NCBI RefSeq assembly: GCF_001194135.2
Contig: NC_068988.1
Location: 28,495,035-28,559,034, forward strand
DNA length: 64,000 nt
Reading direction: 5' to 3'
Source: Octopus bimaculoides
Taxonomy: Eukaryota
Shown: piece after piece, positions 50,064-62,551 of the stretch
Layout: each line of letters begins with the position of its first letter
Numbering within the stretch: the first letter of the stretch is position 1
Translations under genes and position numbers: made by a program
Notes under the pieces: model-generated
What the model was told of the DNA's origin: nothing
Seen by the model: only the letters and a program-made list of their open reading frames with translations
Database searches by the model: none

Positions 50064-50782
50064 NNNNNNNNNNNNNNNNNNNNNNNNNNNNNNNNNNNNN
50101 NNNNNNNNNNNNNNNNNNNNNNNNNNNNNNNNNNNNNNNNNNNNNNNNNNNNNNNNNNNNNNNNNNNNNNNNNNNNNNNNNNNNNNNNNNNNNNNNNNNN
50201 NNNNNNNNNNNNNNNNNNNNNNNNNNNNNNNNNNNNNNNNNNNNNNNNNNNNNNNNNNNNNNNNNNNNNNNNNNNNNNNNNNNNNNNNNNNNNNNNNNNN
50301 NNNNNNNNNNNNNNNNNNNNNNNNNNNNNNNNNNNNNNNNNNNNNNNNNNNNNNNNNNNNNNNNNNNNNNNNNNNNNNNNNNNNNNNNNNNNNNNNNNNN
50401 NNNNNNNNNNNNNNNNNNNNNNNNNNNNNNNNNNNNNNNNNNNNNNNNNNNNNNNNNNNNNNNNNNNNNNNNNNNNNNNNNNNNNNNNNNNNNNNNNNNN
50501 NNNNNNNNNNNNNNNNNNNNNNNNNNNNNNNNNNNNNNNNNNNNNNNNNNNNNNNNNNNNNNNNNNNNNNNNNNNNNNNNNNNNNNNNNNNNNNNNNNNN
50601 NNNNNNNNNNNNNNNNNNNNNNNNNNNNNNNNNNNNNNNNNNNNNNNNNNNNNNNNNNNNNNNNNNNNNNNNNNNNNNNNNNNNNNNNNNNNNNNNNNNN
50701 NNNNNNNNNNNNNNNNNNNNNNNNNNNNNNNNNNNNNNNNNNNNNNNNNNNNNNNNNNNNNNNNNNNNNNNNNNNNNNNNNN
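50064..50782. other. assembly gap (largest of seven)
   Basis: N-runs at 4045-4458, 24702-24757, 32342-32636, 33594-33693, 40125-40159, 50064-50782 and 63068-63077; all fall in introns or flanks, and ALS2/RNPC3 exon phases join across them. Confidence 0.99.
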
Positions 50783-50833
<51 letters not shown>

Positions 50834-52412
50834 TTACGTCCCCGTAACTTAGAATAAGTACTAGGCTTACAAAGAATAAGTCCTGGGGTCGATTTTGCTT
50901 GACTAAAGGCGGTGCTCCAGCATGGCCACAGTGCCACAGAATTAGATCTAAGCCTTTCACTTAGTTAGACATGAACTCAGAATGTAACAGATTGTTACTA
51001 AAATACTAGAAGCTATTTTGCATGTGAGATATGACATAATGTTGTTGTGAACTGCTTTGATGATAACTTCCTCAAGACTACTTCTTGTCTCAAGTTGTTT
51101 ATCTGCTCAAAACTGCTTCTATTAAAGCATTTCATATTTAAATTAAAATCTCAAGTGAAAACTTAATTGTTACACAAATGATAATGTGAGAACTTAACTC
51201 GTTAAAATTTCCATTGTGGCTTTATGTAAAAACATTTATTAGTTTTTTTTTTATTAATTTGTTCTTTTTTATTTTTTTTTTGCAAACAAACAAACAAAAC
51301 TAACACAATTTCAAACTTAAAACTGGAGTGGTTGTTGCAGTGAGTGTCGCTGGACATTCTCTCCAGCAGCAAAGCCTTTGCAATCATGTCTACGAGGTAT
51401 GGCTAAACAGTTCTCTCCACCTCCGCCTTGCTCCATCTTCTGCTGCTTAATCCCCCACCACCACCTCTTTTTTTCTTTTTCTTTGTTTCCTTCATGAGGT
51501 AGTTCTGGAGGGCGGGTGGGGGTCTTGATAATTTGATCTTTTATACTTTTAATGTCTTTTTTCTTTCTTTTCTTCCTGTAAAAATATGTTAATAAACCAT
51601 TTTGATTCTTAAGAAAAAAAAAAAAGAAAAAGAAAAATTCTTGATTTTCCTGTAATTCAAGTTACTGAAGCAGGGCATTTTGGCACAGCTGTTTTGGCAC
51701 TGCTTATTTAGTGATGCCGATTCAACACTGACCTCACTGACATCGGATTTTTTAATGTATCCCTCATTCTGCCTTCCTTCACTATCTCCCTCTATTTAAA
51801 TCCATCTATATGTATGTGTAATCTCTCTATTCTTTTATTCTTTTTCTTGTTTCAGCCAGAAATCATCCGGTAATTACCATTTGAATGGAAATTTTGTTTT
51901 CACTATAAAACACATATTGCTAGGTTTGTGCGACCCCCTTGAGACCCAACTACACTCTAGCTGAAAAATATAGAATACCTCATAAGTAATATAAAAGTCC
52001 TAAATTCAGTGACGGCGTAAATGAAGATGTTATGCATTAATTCAATGTGTTAAACCTACCTTTATTAATGTATATCAAATCATAGATATATACAAGATTT
52101 ACACAGATATAAGAGTTAGAACCTGTGATCCACCTGTGGACCTTTTTCTTGGGAAATTTTTGCTCGATGCACTAAAAGGTTTCCCCATCCCTTTTTTAAA
52201 ATGTATCTGCTTTAAGTAAGATAAAAAGATATAATAGGGGAGAGAGAGAGAGAGAGAAATGATTTAAAAAATGGTAGAATTGTGGAAATGAAAAGCTTAA
52301 GGATACTTAGAAGGAGAAAAAGAGTTGAAAAGAAGTAAAGAAGAAATACTAGTTAGAAAAATAACAATGTGAGAAAGAGAGAGACATTGTGAAGTAAAGA
52401 TAAACAGAACTA

Positions 52413-52781
52413 CAGTAATTCCTCGACTATCGCAGGTATTCCAAAACCTCCCACAATAGGTGAAAATCAGCAAAGTAGAAACAGTACTGTATATTTTTCT
52501 TAATATCATTTTTATAATTTCCGCTGAGGTCGACTTTACCTTTCGTCCTTTTGGGGTTGATTAAATAAGTACCAGTTATGCACTGGGGTCGGTGTAATTG
52601 ACTTAATCCTTTTGTCTGTCCTTGTTTGTCCCCTCTATGTTTAGTCACTTGTGGGAAATAAAGAAATAAATATTATCTTTGTAATTTGTATATAATTTAT
52701 TTTATTATAAATGCAAAACAACACCACGGAGGAATTGATGTAAGCTTAAATAATGAACCGCGATATGGTAAGGGATTACTG
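52413..52781. mobile_element. pogo/Tigger-type MITE carrying a nested SINE fragment
   Basis: same TIRs and internal sequence as 13448-13683, plus a SINE insert at about 52520-52670. Confidence 0.8.
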
Positions 52782-52887
52782 TATAAAGGAGAAAGAAAGA
52801 GAATAGAGATTTGACTAAATCATAAGTGAAAAAAAACCAGGAAAAATTCTAATAAGAAACAAAAGTGACAGTAAAGCTCTGACTTAC

Positions 52888-54666
52888 TTTTCTCATCTTT
52901 TTTATGCGTCTGTCGGTCTTTTTCGAGCCTCTTGGATCGTCTCCAAAGGGCTCTGAGGGAAGAATGTGAGTCGGACCTCTCACTCAAAAGAATATCATCT
53001 GTACTGCCAGATCTTCTTCTCCACAAATCCTCGCTTGCTGAAGTATCGTATGTAAAGACAGAGTCACGACGGGATAAGTTTGGCGAGTCAGTGTCTGACT
53101 GTAAATTGGAATCAATGCTGCTAGACTTTGAAAGACCATCTAATTCTATACTCTGACCAGAGACAAAGCCAAAGGAATCTGCCATGCTGCCAACTGATGA
53201 TCGGAACGTGCTGATTGCCCGATGAGTTAAATCAGTGACCTGTTGAACGACGGCCACAGAAGTTTCTGGAACTGAAATAAGTAAGTTTTCCAACCGACTT
53301 TTAATAGGATGTTGACAACCCAAATCTGTATCTGAATCTTCTCGGTTGCAGAGTTGTTTGGCAAGGAACTCCCGAGCTTCATCTTCATCCAAAATATGAG
53401 ATTTTTGAACTATATTTTCCATACTAACAGTTGTTGAAGGTTGGGAACTGTGACTATTATTGCAATCTGTGTCCTCAGGCAAATCCCCTTTAGGGTCAAC
53501 AGAATTTTTCACAGGAGTCTCTGTGTTGTTTGAAGAATCAACAGTTTTCTGAACTGAATTATTTTCCTTAGAATGTTCTTGAAATTCTTCAGAATTAGCA
53601 GAGTTTGGGATTGTATTTCCATTTGCTTCGTTTTCCATGTTATTGTCTAGAGTTGCTTGAATCGTATCATCTGTTAGTCGAGGTTTTAATTTATTATCAC
53701 ATTCTGCTGCAGAATTTGTTGGACAAGAACTATCAGCAGTCTTTGTCTCACAAGCACTTTTCTCTTCAGATTGTGAAGTTTGGATGACTTCATCTTTTGT
53801 AGTTAAGTTCACAATTTGCCCATTTTGGGACTGATTTTCTCCAGTTTTCAAATCTGTAGTATGTTTTTCTTCAGATTCTTGTGAAGAAACAAAAGGTTTA
53901 TTAATATTGTTACAAGACTGACTTTTGCCACTTGTAATTCCATTGCTAGAATTTATTTCAGAAGGTTCAGTTGATTCTGATGTCGGTTGAGAGGATTCAT
54001 AGGCAGAACTGCTGTCTGTTTCTTTTGCTAGACATGGGGCAGAGTTTGATAATGACTCGTTCTTTAAAGGTTCAGATCTAGTTATTGGTGCTTTGTTGTC
54101 AGGTTTCTTACAGCAAGTGTGTTCATCACTTATAATACACAAATCATTAGTTTCAATGTAGCTATAGATCTCTTGGTTACACTTGGCACATGTTGGAGGA
54201 TAATACTTGTGGAATCTCATATCAGAACTCATCTTTTTAGGTGTACCAATGGCTCCTTGTTTTTCAACCAAAGCTATACTATGTGACAGACCACACGAGA
54301 CATCAAGTACATTGTATTCCAAAAGGTCTTCCACCCTTTCTGGAACAGGAGCAGTTGTTTGTTCTCCTAACCCAAGTCCCATTCCACTACCCCAGACCCA
54401 TAACTCACCCCTGCAGGAAATAGCCAATGTGTGGGTCTCCCCACAGGCTACCTGACGTATCAGGATCTTTTCTTCAGGCATTGGAATTCCATGTTTACAT
54501 TTATCTTCTGTCAAACGAAATGTGACTTGCTCGGGGTTAGAAATTATCTCAGAACGTCCCAAACCGCACTGGTCTTTTGTGGAATCACCCCAAGTAAAAA
54601 CATCTCCAGAGGAAGACACAGCAGCACTGTACCATTTTCCACATGTCACTTCTGTTATCTCCTTTC
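52888..54666 (-). CDS. ALS2: alsin large exon (RCC1 repeats plus long low-complexity linker), 1779 nt
   Basis: RCC1 motifs VFTWGDSTKDQCGLG, VACGETHTLA, LWVWGSGMGLGL, VSCGLSHSIAL; the CAKCNQEI...IISDEHTC segment is also found in alsin; tttcag / gtaagt; phase 1 to 1. Confidence 0.95.
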
Positions 54667-55106
54667 CTGAAACAGAAAATACAATAAATTACATTACACA
54701 ACGATATCCAGTCTGATTAAATGTGTTTTTAAAGACATTTAACACAGAAGTTTTTACAAGAGGTTATGGTAAATTTATTTATTATTTGCATATTATTTGA
54801 TATGCTTTCCTAAACAACATAGTGTGTTTGTATGTGTTCATGTGTATGTGTGCAAGTGCAAACCTACATAATCCTTTTTTTTTTAAAGCGAAATATTTCA
54901 CTGCTGTCCTCCTGAAAGGAAATTCCTTTTGGCAACATGGTTGTCCCCTTTTTAGGAAAAGAGAACAAAAAAAATAAACAAAAAAAAAACAAGTACACAT
55001 GCACACCTGAAACTATTCACTCACAGCCAACATCATTCCATAAGAGACAGCTTTTCTTTCCCTCCCAGAAAATATTCTAAGTGTTCACCACTTTTTTATT
55101 CTGGTT

Positions 55107-55187
55107 CAGTGGTTCCTAACCTTTTCAGTGGTTTCCAACCGTTTTATTCAAATGTGTTTTCCCATGGACTCCTTTTAATATGCCTAT

Positions 55188-55225
<38 letters not shown>

Positions 55226-55293
55226 TTGAAATTTTGAATTTAGTTCACAAAAACCCAGTACAGCCTTTGTGGACCACAGGTTGGGAACCACTG
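55107..55293. mobile_element. hAT (Charlie/Buster-like) MITE
   Basis: TIRs CAGTGGTTCCTAACC / CAGTGGTTCCCAACC; TSD TTCTGGTT / TTCTAGTT. Confidence 0.8.
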
Positions 55294-55622
55294 TTCTAGT
55301 TCGTGTGAACCAGGGCTGTATATTTACCTCCAACACAAAAGAGTCCATGTGCTTCTGGTCAGCATGTGTGAGAAATCGTCAGTATTGTCAAGTTCAATAA
55401 ATGGAGTGAAACCATTGGTAACATTATGCCATAATGAGGAATGTATTGCTCAACCATATACACAGACAGCTCGAAAGTAAATAGATGTCCTTCATTATGC
55501 AGTGCAGACAGGTAAGTGATAAGAAACTCTCAAGACAGCTAAAAAGCAGACGGTCTTTAGAAAAGCAACTCCCTCAAGCAAGTGTTTTGGTCCTTAAATT
55601 CTCACTCTAAGGGGTTTGACCA

Positions 55623-55705
<83 letters not shown>

Positions 55706-56166
55706 ATGCAGCGCAGACAGATAAAAACTACACAAGGCATGTCTATTAATTACTAGATTAATTGCTTAAATGCCTTAAATGACATTGTTTTATTTCTAGA
55801 AATAGATCTTTCAAAAATGGTGGTGTCTGTCTACTTTTGAGATGTCTGTGCAGGTTTCTGACAGGTTTCTGACAGGTTTCCACACAGTTTCCATCTGTTT
55901 CACTCAGAATATGCTGGTCAACCTAAAGATGTGGTAAAAGACACACATCTACAGCACTTGCGCATCAAACATGAAACCACTTGGCTGATGTTTACAAAAG
56001 AAAATTCTTGACCACAGAGTCACGCCATGTATTCATGTAACAGCACGAAGACTGCCAATAAAGGCATGAATGACACACATCCGATTCCTTCTTCCGAGCA
56101 AATTTGTAGCTTATTGTACCTGGATATGAAATCAATACATAAACACCTGTAAAAATAATTACTCAC

Positions 56167-56411
56167 CATTGAATATTTCCAATACTTGTGGGGTAGTGAT
56201 TGAGGTTTTTGTCAACCCATTGAGTCCCAGTTGACAACGGCTATTACTGCCCAAAGCAAACACCTCAGCTTTTTGGCTGATGAAAAGACTGTGGTCAAAA
56301 CCAAGGGAGACTCTCTTGATGACCTTGTTGGAAAATATGTCGAATGTTTGCAGTCGTATATCTCCATAGTATCCTTCCCAAAGGCAAACAATTCCATCTT
56401 TTTCTTCCTCA
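56167..56411 (-). CDS. ALS2: alsin most 5' coding exon found (RCC1-like)
   Basis: EEEKDGIVCLW...KRVSLGFDHSLFISQKAEVFALGSNSRCQLG; ttttacag / gtgagt; begins in phase 2, so a short upstream ATG exon is required. Confidence 0.9.
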
Positions 56412-56499
56412 CTGTAAAAAGAAAAAAGAAAAAGATAATGATAGACTATAAATATGAATGCATACATGTAAATACATACAAACACACACAAACATATAA

Positions 56500-56722
56500 A
56501 CGAGTGGGTGGGTGCTGAAAAGTTCTTGGTTTTAAGGGTATCGTGAAAGGCCTGGTTGGAGGCCCAACCGTCTGAGTTCTTTTACAGGGCTTAGGAAAAC
56601 TGAAGTACCCTTGCAATAGATGCGTGAATCTGAGAGGGGAATACGATGAGTAAAATCATAATTAACTGATCCTCCTGTATTTTCTTTTACCCAAAGCCAG
56701 GAACTTTCAGCCCCCCCCCCCA
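56500..56722. mobile_element. mariner-like MITE
   Basis: inverted ends GCTGAAAAGTTCTTGGTTTT and AAAGCCAGGAACTTTCAGC; about 90 bp upstream of an ALS2 acceptor. Confidence 0.55.
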
Positions 56723-59396
56723 TATAAATATACATGTAAGGGTTTTTGAAACTCTCTCAATTATAATTGTGACTTGTTCATAACTATAAATATTCTTCTT
56801 TCATGCATTTTATGATAACATATTTGGCCATCAATATATTCATAAATAATTATTGTTTATGATATATCCTCCATAATGTATTATTGCATTGCTTTTTAAT
56901 TATATATGTGAATTTTTGCTACCCAGGTAACTATTTATTTATTTTTTTCCTTATTTGTACACTCTTTTACTTGTTTCAGTCATTTGACTGCGGCCATGCG
57001 GGAGCACCGCCTTTTAGTCGAGCAAATCAACCTCAGGACTTATTCTTTGGAAGCCTAGTATTTATTCTATCGGTCTCTTTTGCCGAACCGCTAAGTTACG
57101 GGGACGTAAACACACCACCATCGGTTGTCAAGCGAGATGGAAGAGATAGTGAATTCATTGAAGATTGCTTAAAAGTATACTTGACCTGGTTGTCTAATTG
57201 TAATGCAATGTCATTACATCAGCAGTTAAGCCAAGTGAAGCAGATGAAATGGAATAAAACGATCGCTGTTAATTTAAAATAAAAAACAAGATAATAAAGA
57301 AAGAGATAGTGAGAACTGAAAATATATATCAAGTAATATGACAGACATTACATCAAATATTCATATTATTAGATCTTTTCCCATGAGCATGAACACAGTT
57401 ACTGGTTTGACCTAAAATACACAATTTTACTGTAATCAATGTATCTGTTTTCTATTTTCGAGGACACAACTGATAGTAGTAAGTATGTATGTATGTATGT
57501 ACATGTGTACGCATGTATGTACGCATGTATGTATGTATGTATGTATGTATGTTATTATTCAGTTTTATTTCAAGATTTCTTGCCAATAAAGAGCAGGTTT
57601 CTAACCTAGATCTAAGGCTCCTTCATAGGAATTTCAACAACATCAACAGGGTATTTGTACATGTTTGTGTGTATGTGTGCAGTATTTGATGTCAGTGCAT
57701 GTGCAGATTTGAATGTTTTATGTATGTATTCTCTTATTCTCCTGATTCTCCTATCAGCTTCACTGTACAAGAGTCCAACAGCCAATATTATAGCCACCAA
57801 CATTTGGAAATGCCGATAGCAGAAAGTTGGTGTCAATGTTTGTCACAAACTTAATGAATGTCTCACTTGGAGACAGGTGACGGTTGGTAACAGGAAGGGC
57901 TAGAAAATCTGCCTCAACAAATTCCATCTGACCCATGCAAGCATCGAAAAGTGGACATTAAAATGATGATTATAGTGATGGCATGTGTGTGTGTGTGTGT
58001 GTATCTAAAAGAGAGAGCAGCAGATTTGAACCCGAGTGCTACCAAGCATTTGCAATTAGATAAAAAAAAAAGTCCTGAAAAAATACAGTATCAGGTATAT
58101 TTACCACATTAACTGGCAACAGAAACTGCAGTTGAGAGACTGGCTGAGTCTGTGGCAGACGTCAGGGTAACTGTCATTCATAGTACAAACATACTCCTTG
58201 GGGCTATGCACTGAATATATATTATTGGTGCTAACTCTATAAAGTTGACGACATTGTTTTAATGTGAGGGCTCCATTACTCTGAGGTTTATGTCTATGAG
58301 GAGTGACTTTGTGAGGAATACAAATTAACAGGCACATACAAACACTTACATACAACACACATATACACACACACACACGCACACACAATGTGCTTGTATA
58401 TACATACATACAGTCATACATACAGATAGAACGTTATGATGAATTGAGAGATCTTAAATTCAATGGAGCAATACAATACAATAGAATGAAACAGATTCAA
58501 AATTGAATTTTGATGATGTTTTGTCATAAATAAAATAAAGAGAATATTTTGTGATATTTACATTTTCAATGTTTATAGAAATGAATCAGAAAAAATAAAA
58601 ATCAACAACAAACGGTTTAGGGTAAATTTATACAAATTAATAAACTGTGAAGTTAGTCAAAGGAAAGAATTTTTATTTAAAAAAAGAAAAGCACACAATA
58701 TTTCAAATCATGTGCTTGGTGTTTTTAATGGGAGCTTTGTGAGATTTTGTCTCCGTTCTTGATGACCAAATCCATGGAATGTTGTCAAAGAGACTTTTGT
58801 TGTGTGCATGTGTTTCTCTCATTCTATTTCTCTCTCTCTCGTAACTGAAGATTCAAGTTCTAAAATTACTTAAGTCACAGGAAACTCAATGTAACTTAAG
58901 CAACTTCAGCAGTAAGGTCATCACTTACTGTAAAAGTCAAGTTTTTTAGGCTAAAATTTGTAACCAAAAGAGGTAGGTTAACCTATGCACCAAGACGACT
59001 TTGGAGGACCAAAAATTCCATGAGAAATGCAGCAGGATTTGGAAAGATAGCGACGATGTTTGAATGTTTACACTACATGTTTACATTATATACTATGTTG
59101 ATTTGCCAGCTGGAAAATACAGTAGTCTCAGTTTGTCATGTGTCACTGGCAACAGGAAGGGCATCCAGTCATAGAAAATCTGCCTAAATAAAATTCTGGC
59201 CAACACATGCAAACATGGAAAAGTGAACATTGAAACAAAGATAGTGATCGGTATGATAAGCTGGAGAGAGAGTGGAATCCGAAGCTAGTAAGTTAGTCCC
59301 TAACTGACTGTTTAAATTAAATTAAGCCTGATGCTATAGCTGTGGCCCAACTAAAGCCTTGTGAGTGGATTTCATAGATGGAAACTGAAAGAAGCT

Positions 59397-59442
<46 letters not shown>

Positions 59443-59469
59443 ATGCGGAAACTAGGGATAGATGAATGG

Positions 59470-59910
59470 TTAGTGAGAGCTGTATAAGCCATGTACAGGG
59501 ATGCTGTCAGTAAGGTGAAGGTTGGCAATGAGTAAAGTGAAGAATTCCAGGTAGGGGTAGGGGTCCATCAAGGATCAGTCCTCAGCCCCCTCTTATACTT
59601 CATAGTCCTCCAGGCAATAACAGAGGAATTCAAGACGGGATGCCCCTGGGAGCTTCTCTATGCTGATAACCTTGCTCTAATAGCTGAGTCACTATCAGAA
59701 CTAGAGGAGAAGTTTCAGGTGTGGAAGCAAGGTCTAAAACACCCACTACACTCTCGGAGTGGTTGGTGTTAAGAAGGGCATCCAGCTGTAGAAACTCTAC
59801 CAAATCAGATTGGAGCCAGGTGTAGCCATCTGCCTTGCCAGCCCTCAGTCAAACCATCCAACCCATGCCAGCATGGAAAGCAGACGTTAGACGACAATAA
59901 TGATGATTAT
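59470..59910 (+). mobile_element. LINE reverse transcriptase fragment joined to the LINE 3' tail
   Basis: GVHQGSVLSPLL and WELLYADNL RT motifs with a stop codon; from about 59737 it continues directly into the common tail ending gatgat. Confidence 0.8.
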
Positions 59911-59998
59911 GATATATAAGATTCAACTGAATTAGGTACTTAGGTTGAGGCACCAAGTCAGTCTCCGGTATTGTCCACACAGCTTGAAATAAGGTGAA

Positions 59999-60275
59999 TA
60001 AAAAGCAAATAAGTAACAAAGATGTCAAGGTATTTGTGTATTACGGCCATTTCAGGCGGCTCCATTTAATCAATCAATGCAAGCATTACATCAATTTGAA
60101 ATTCCTCACCTTCCTCAGAATCATAAGACTATATAGGTTTTCAACATACAGGATTTTCCATTATAATTTTTTAACAAATTTTTCATCAGTGTATTTCAAA
60201 TTGATGTAATGGAGCCATTTGAAATGGCCGTAATGCACTGATACCTTGACATCCTTGTTACTTATTTGCTTTTTA
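59999..60275. mobile_element. foldback/MITE with about 70-90 bp terminal inverted repeats
   Basis: 59999-60068 is the near reverse complement of about 60207-60275. Confidence 0.75.
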
Positions 60276-61204
60276 CACACACACATGCATTCTGTAAACA
60301 AATTTATAAGCACCAAGTGCATTGGTATTCTACAGAAATTAAAGGAAATTTCAAATGCAAGATGGCTGTGAAGACCAGACCAGAGCTAATTAATTTGGAT
60401 TCTGAGTTTTATTTGCTATTGATCATTGGTTTGATTTATTGGTCTCTACTGTGCTGCATTACTTTGCAAACCTTGCTGTCTGATAAACTGGTTTACATTT
60501 TGAAGGCTGGTTATTCCAGTATACTCAACTGCCCACTTTACTAACCCCCACCCTGCCAACCATCTCACACACTGCCTTCCTTTCTGGGAATCCATCAAAT
60601 ATGTTTTTTGCTAACTACACCTACGTATTTGCTACTCTGTGTGAAAAGAGACAAAGCTATGGAGATACAGGGCTGGAGATAAAACATTAAACATGCTTTA
60701 ATTGAAGCTGACATTACTTGGGAATTACAAGAATCTGTTTCATGTATTTTTTAAAATCTTTTCTTTTATATCTTACTCAGTTCAGTCATTAGACCACAGC
60801 CATACTGGGGCAATGCCTTGAAGAATTTTTAGTTAGATGAATCAACCCCTGTACGTTTTTTTTTTTCTTTTTGAAGTCTGGTATTTATTCCAACGGTTTC
60901 TTTTACCAAAACTGCTAAGTTATGGGGACGTAAACACACCAACACCAGCTAGCAAGTGGTAATGGGAGACAAACACACACACATACATATATGATAGGCT
61001 TCTTTCAGTTTCTGTCAACCAAATCCACTGACAAGACTTTGATTGGCCCCGACACTATAATAGAAGACACTTACTCAAAGTGCCACAATGTGGGACTGAA
61101 CCCAGAACCATGTGGTTGGGAGCCAAACTCCTTACCACACAGCCACAGCTGTGCCTATATTGTCCAGTTAATAGAAAAATTCAAATGTATAATGAAAGAT
61201 TTAG

Positions 61205-61640
61205 CCCTTTAGCATTTGGATTACTCTATCAAATGTAACACTTGTTTATTCACATCATCATCACCATCGTTTAACGTCTGCTTTCCATGCTGGCATGGGT
61301 TGGACGGTTTGACTGAGGACTGGTGAGCCAGAGGCTGCACAAGGCTCAATCTGATCTGGCAAAGTTTCAACAGCTGGATGCCCTTCCTAACGCCAACCAC
61401 TCTGAGAATGTAGTAGGTGATTTTACGTGCCACCGGCACGAGGGCCATTCAAGCAGTTCTGGCAACCAGCACATTTTAAATTAATCATGCATTATCTTGA
61501 AACATTACGATTTCAAGGATATGACAGCTTATTTTTAGAATGACATTGTAGGTTAGATGTAAGAGGCTGGATCTGGTTGGATAGGACATAAAACAAAAAG
61601 AATATTTGATCCTGACATGGCCTGTTTCAGTGCTAAAGGG
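61205..61640. mobile_element. piggyBac-like MITE with nested LINE tail
   Basis: TTAG-CCCTTTAGCATT ... AGTGCTAAAGGG-TTAA; related copies at about 8320-8550, 15590-15820, 16645-17010 and 24355-24575. Confidence 0.55.
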
Positions 61641-62435
61641 TTAATCTTACTCCAGCAACTGTACTGTGATTACAAACTAGGCAATACTTGCCACAGGAAA
61701 TGCCTTGCTGAAAATTAGGTACCATTCCACTTTATAATTACATTGTTCGTGTTATTTTATATAGCATCATCATCCATTTTGCATCCACTTTTCCATACTT
61801 GCTCGGGTCAGATGGAATTTGTTAAGGCAGATTTTCTACAACTAGATGCCCTTCCTGTCTTCAACCCTCATCTGTTTTAAAGCAAGGTAATAGTTCCAAT
61901 GGCCAGACATGTTTATTACAGAAACAAACAACCTTGCCTGTGTGGTGGCAATGCTCATTTACAATCACATGATGCCAAAACACACCCAACATACACACAC
62001 ACACACACACGTACAATGGTTTCTTTCAGCTTTTGTCTACCAAATCCACTCACAAGGCTTTGATCCACCCAGGACTTTGGTAGAAAACACTCAAGGTGCT
62101 ATGCAGTAGGACTGAACCTGAAATCACATGGTTGGGAAGCAAGCCTCTTCGCCACACAGCTATTACTTGCAATTATGACAAGGTAGCATATACCATATTT
62201 TCACTAATTGTTCTTAAGTGTCTATGTAATTACAGATATGGTCACCGTTTTGCTTCTCTCAACCTTGACCAGGTAGAACATCCAGGATGCAAAAACTGAT
62301 GGGAGTGCACCAGCATTCCAGTGGTACTCATTCTAGTTGAGTAGAGTGGTGTAACATGAAAACGAAGTGCCTTGCTCAAGGACACAATGTGCTGCCCAGT
62401 CCAGGAATTGAATCCACAACCTCATGATTGCCAGC

Positions 62436-62519
62436 TGGACAGAGAGGCAAACAGACAGACAGACAGAGAGGCAAACAGACAGACAGACAGAGAGGCAAAC
62501 AGACAGACAGACAGAGAGG

Positions 62520-62550
<31 letters not shown>
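62436..62550 (+). repeat. 24-bp minisatellite built on (GACA)n
   Basis: GACAGAGAGGCAAACAGACAGACA repeated about 4 times, then pure GACA. Confidence 0.85.
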
Positions 62551-62551
<1 letters not shown>

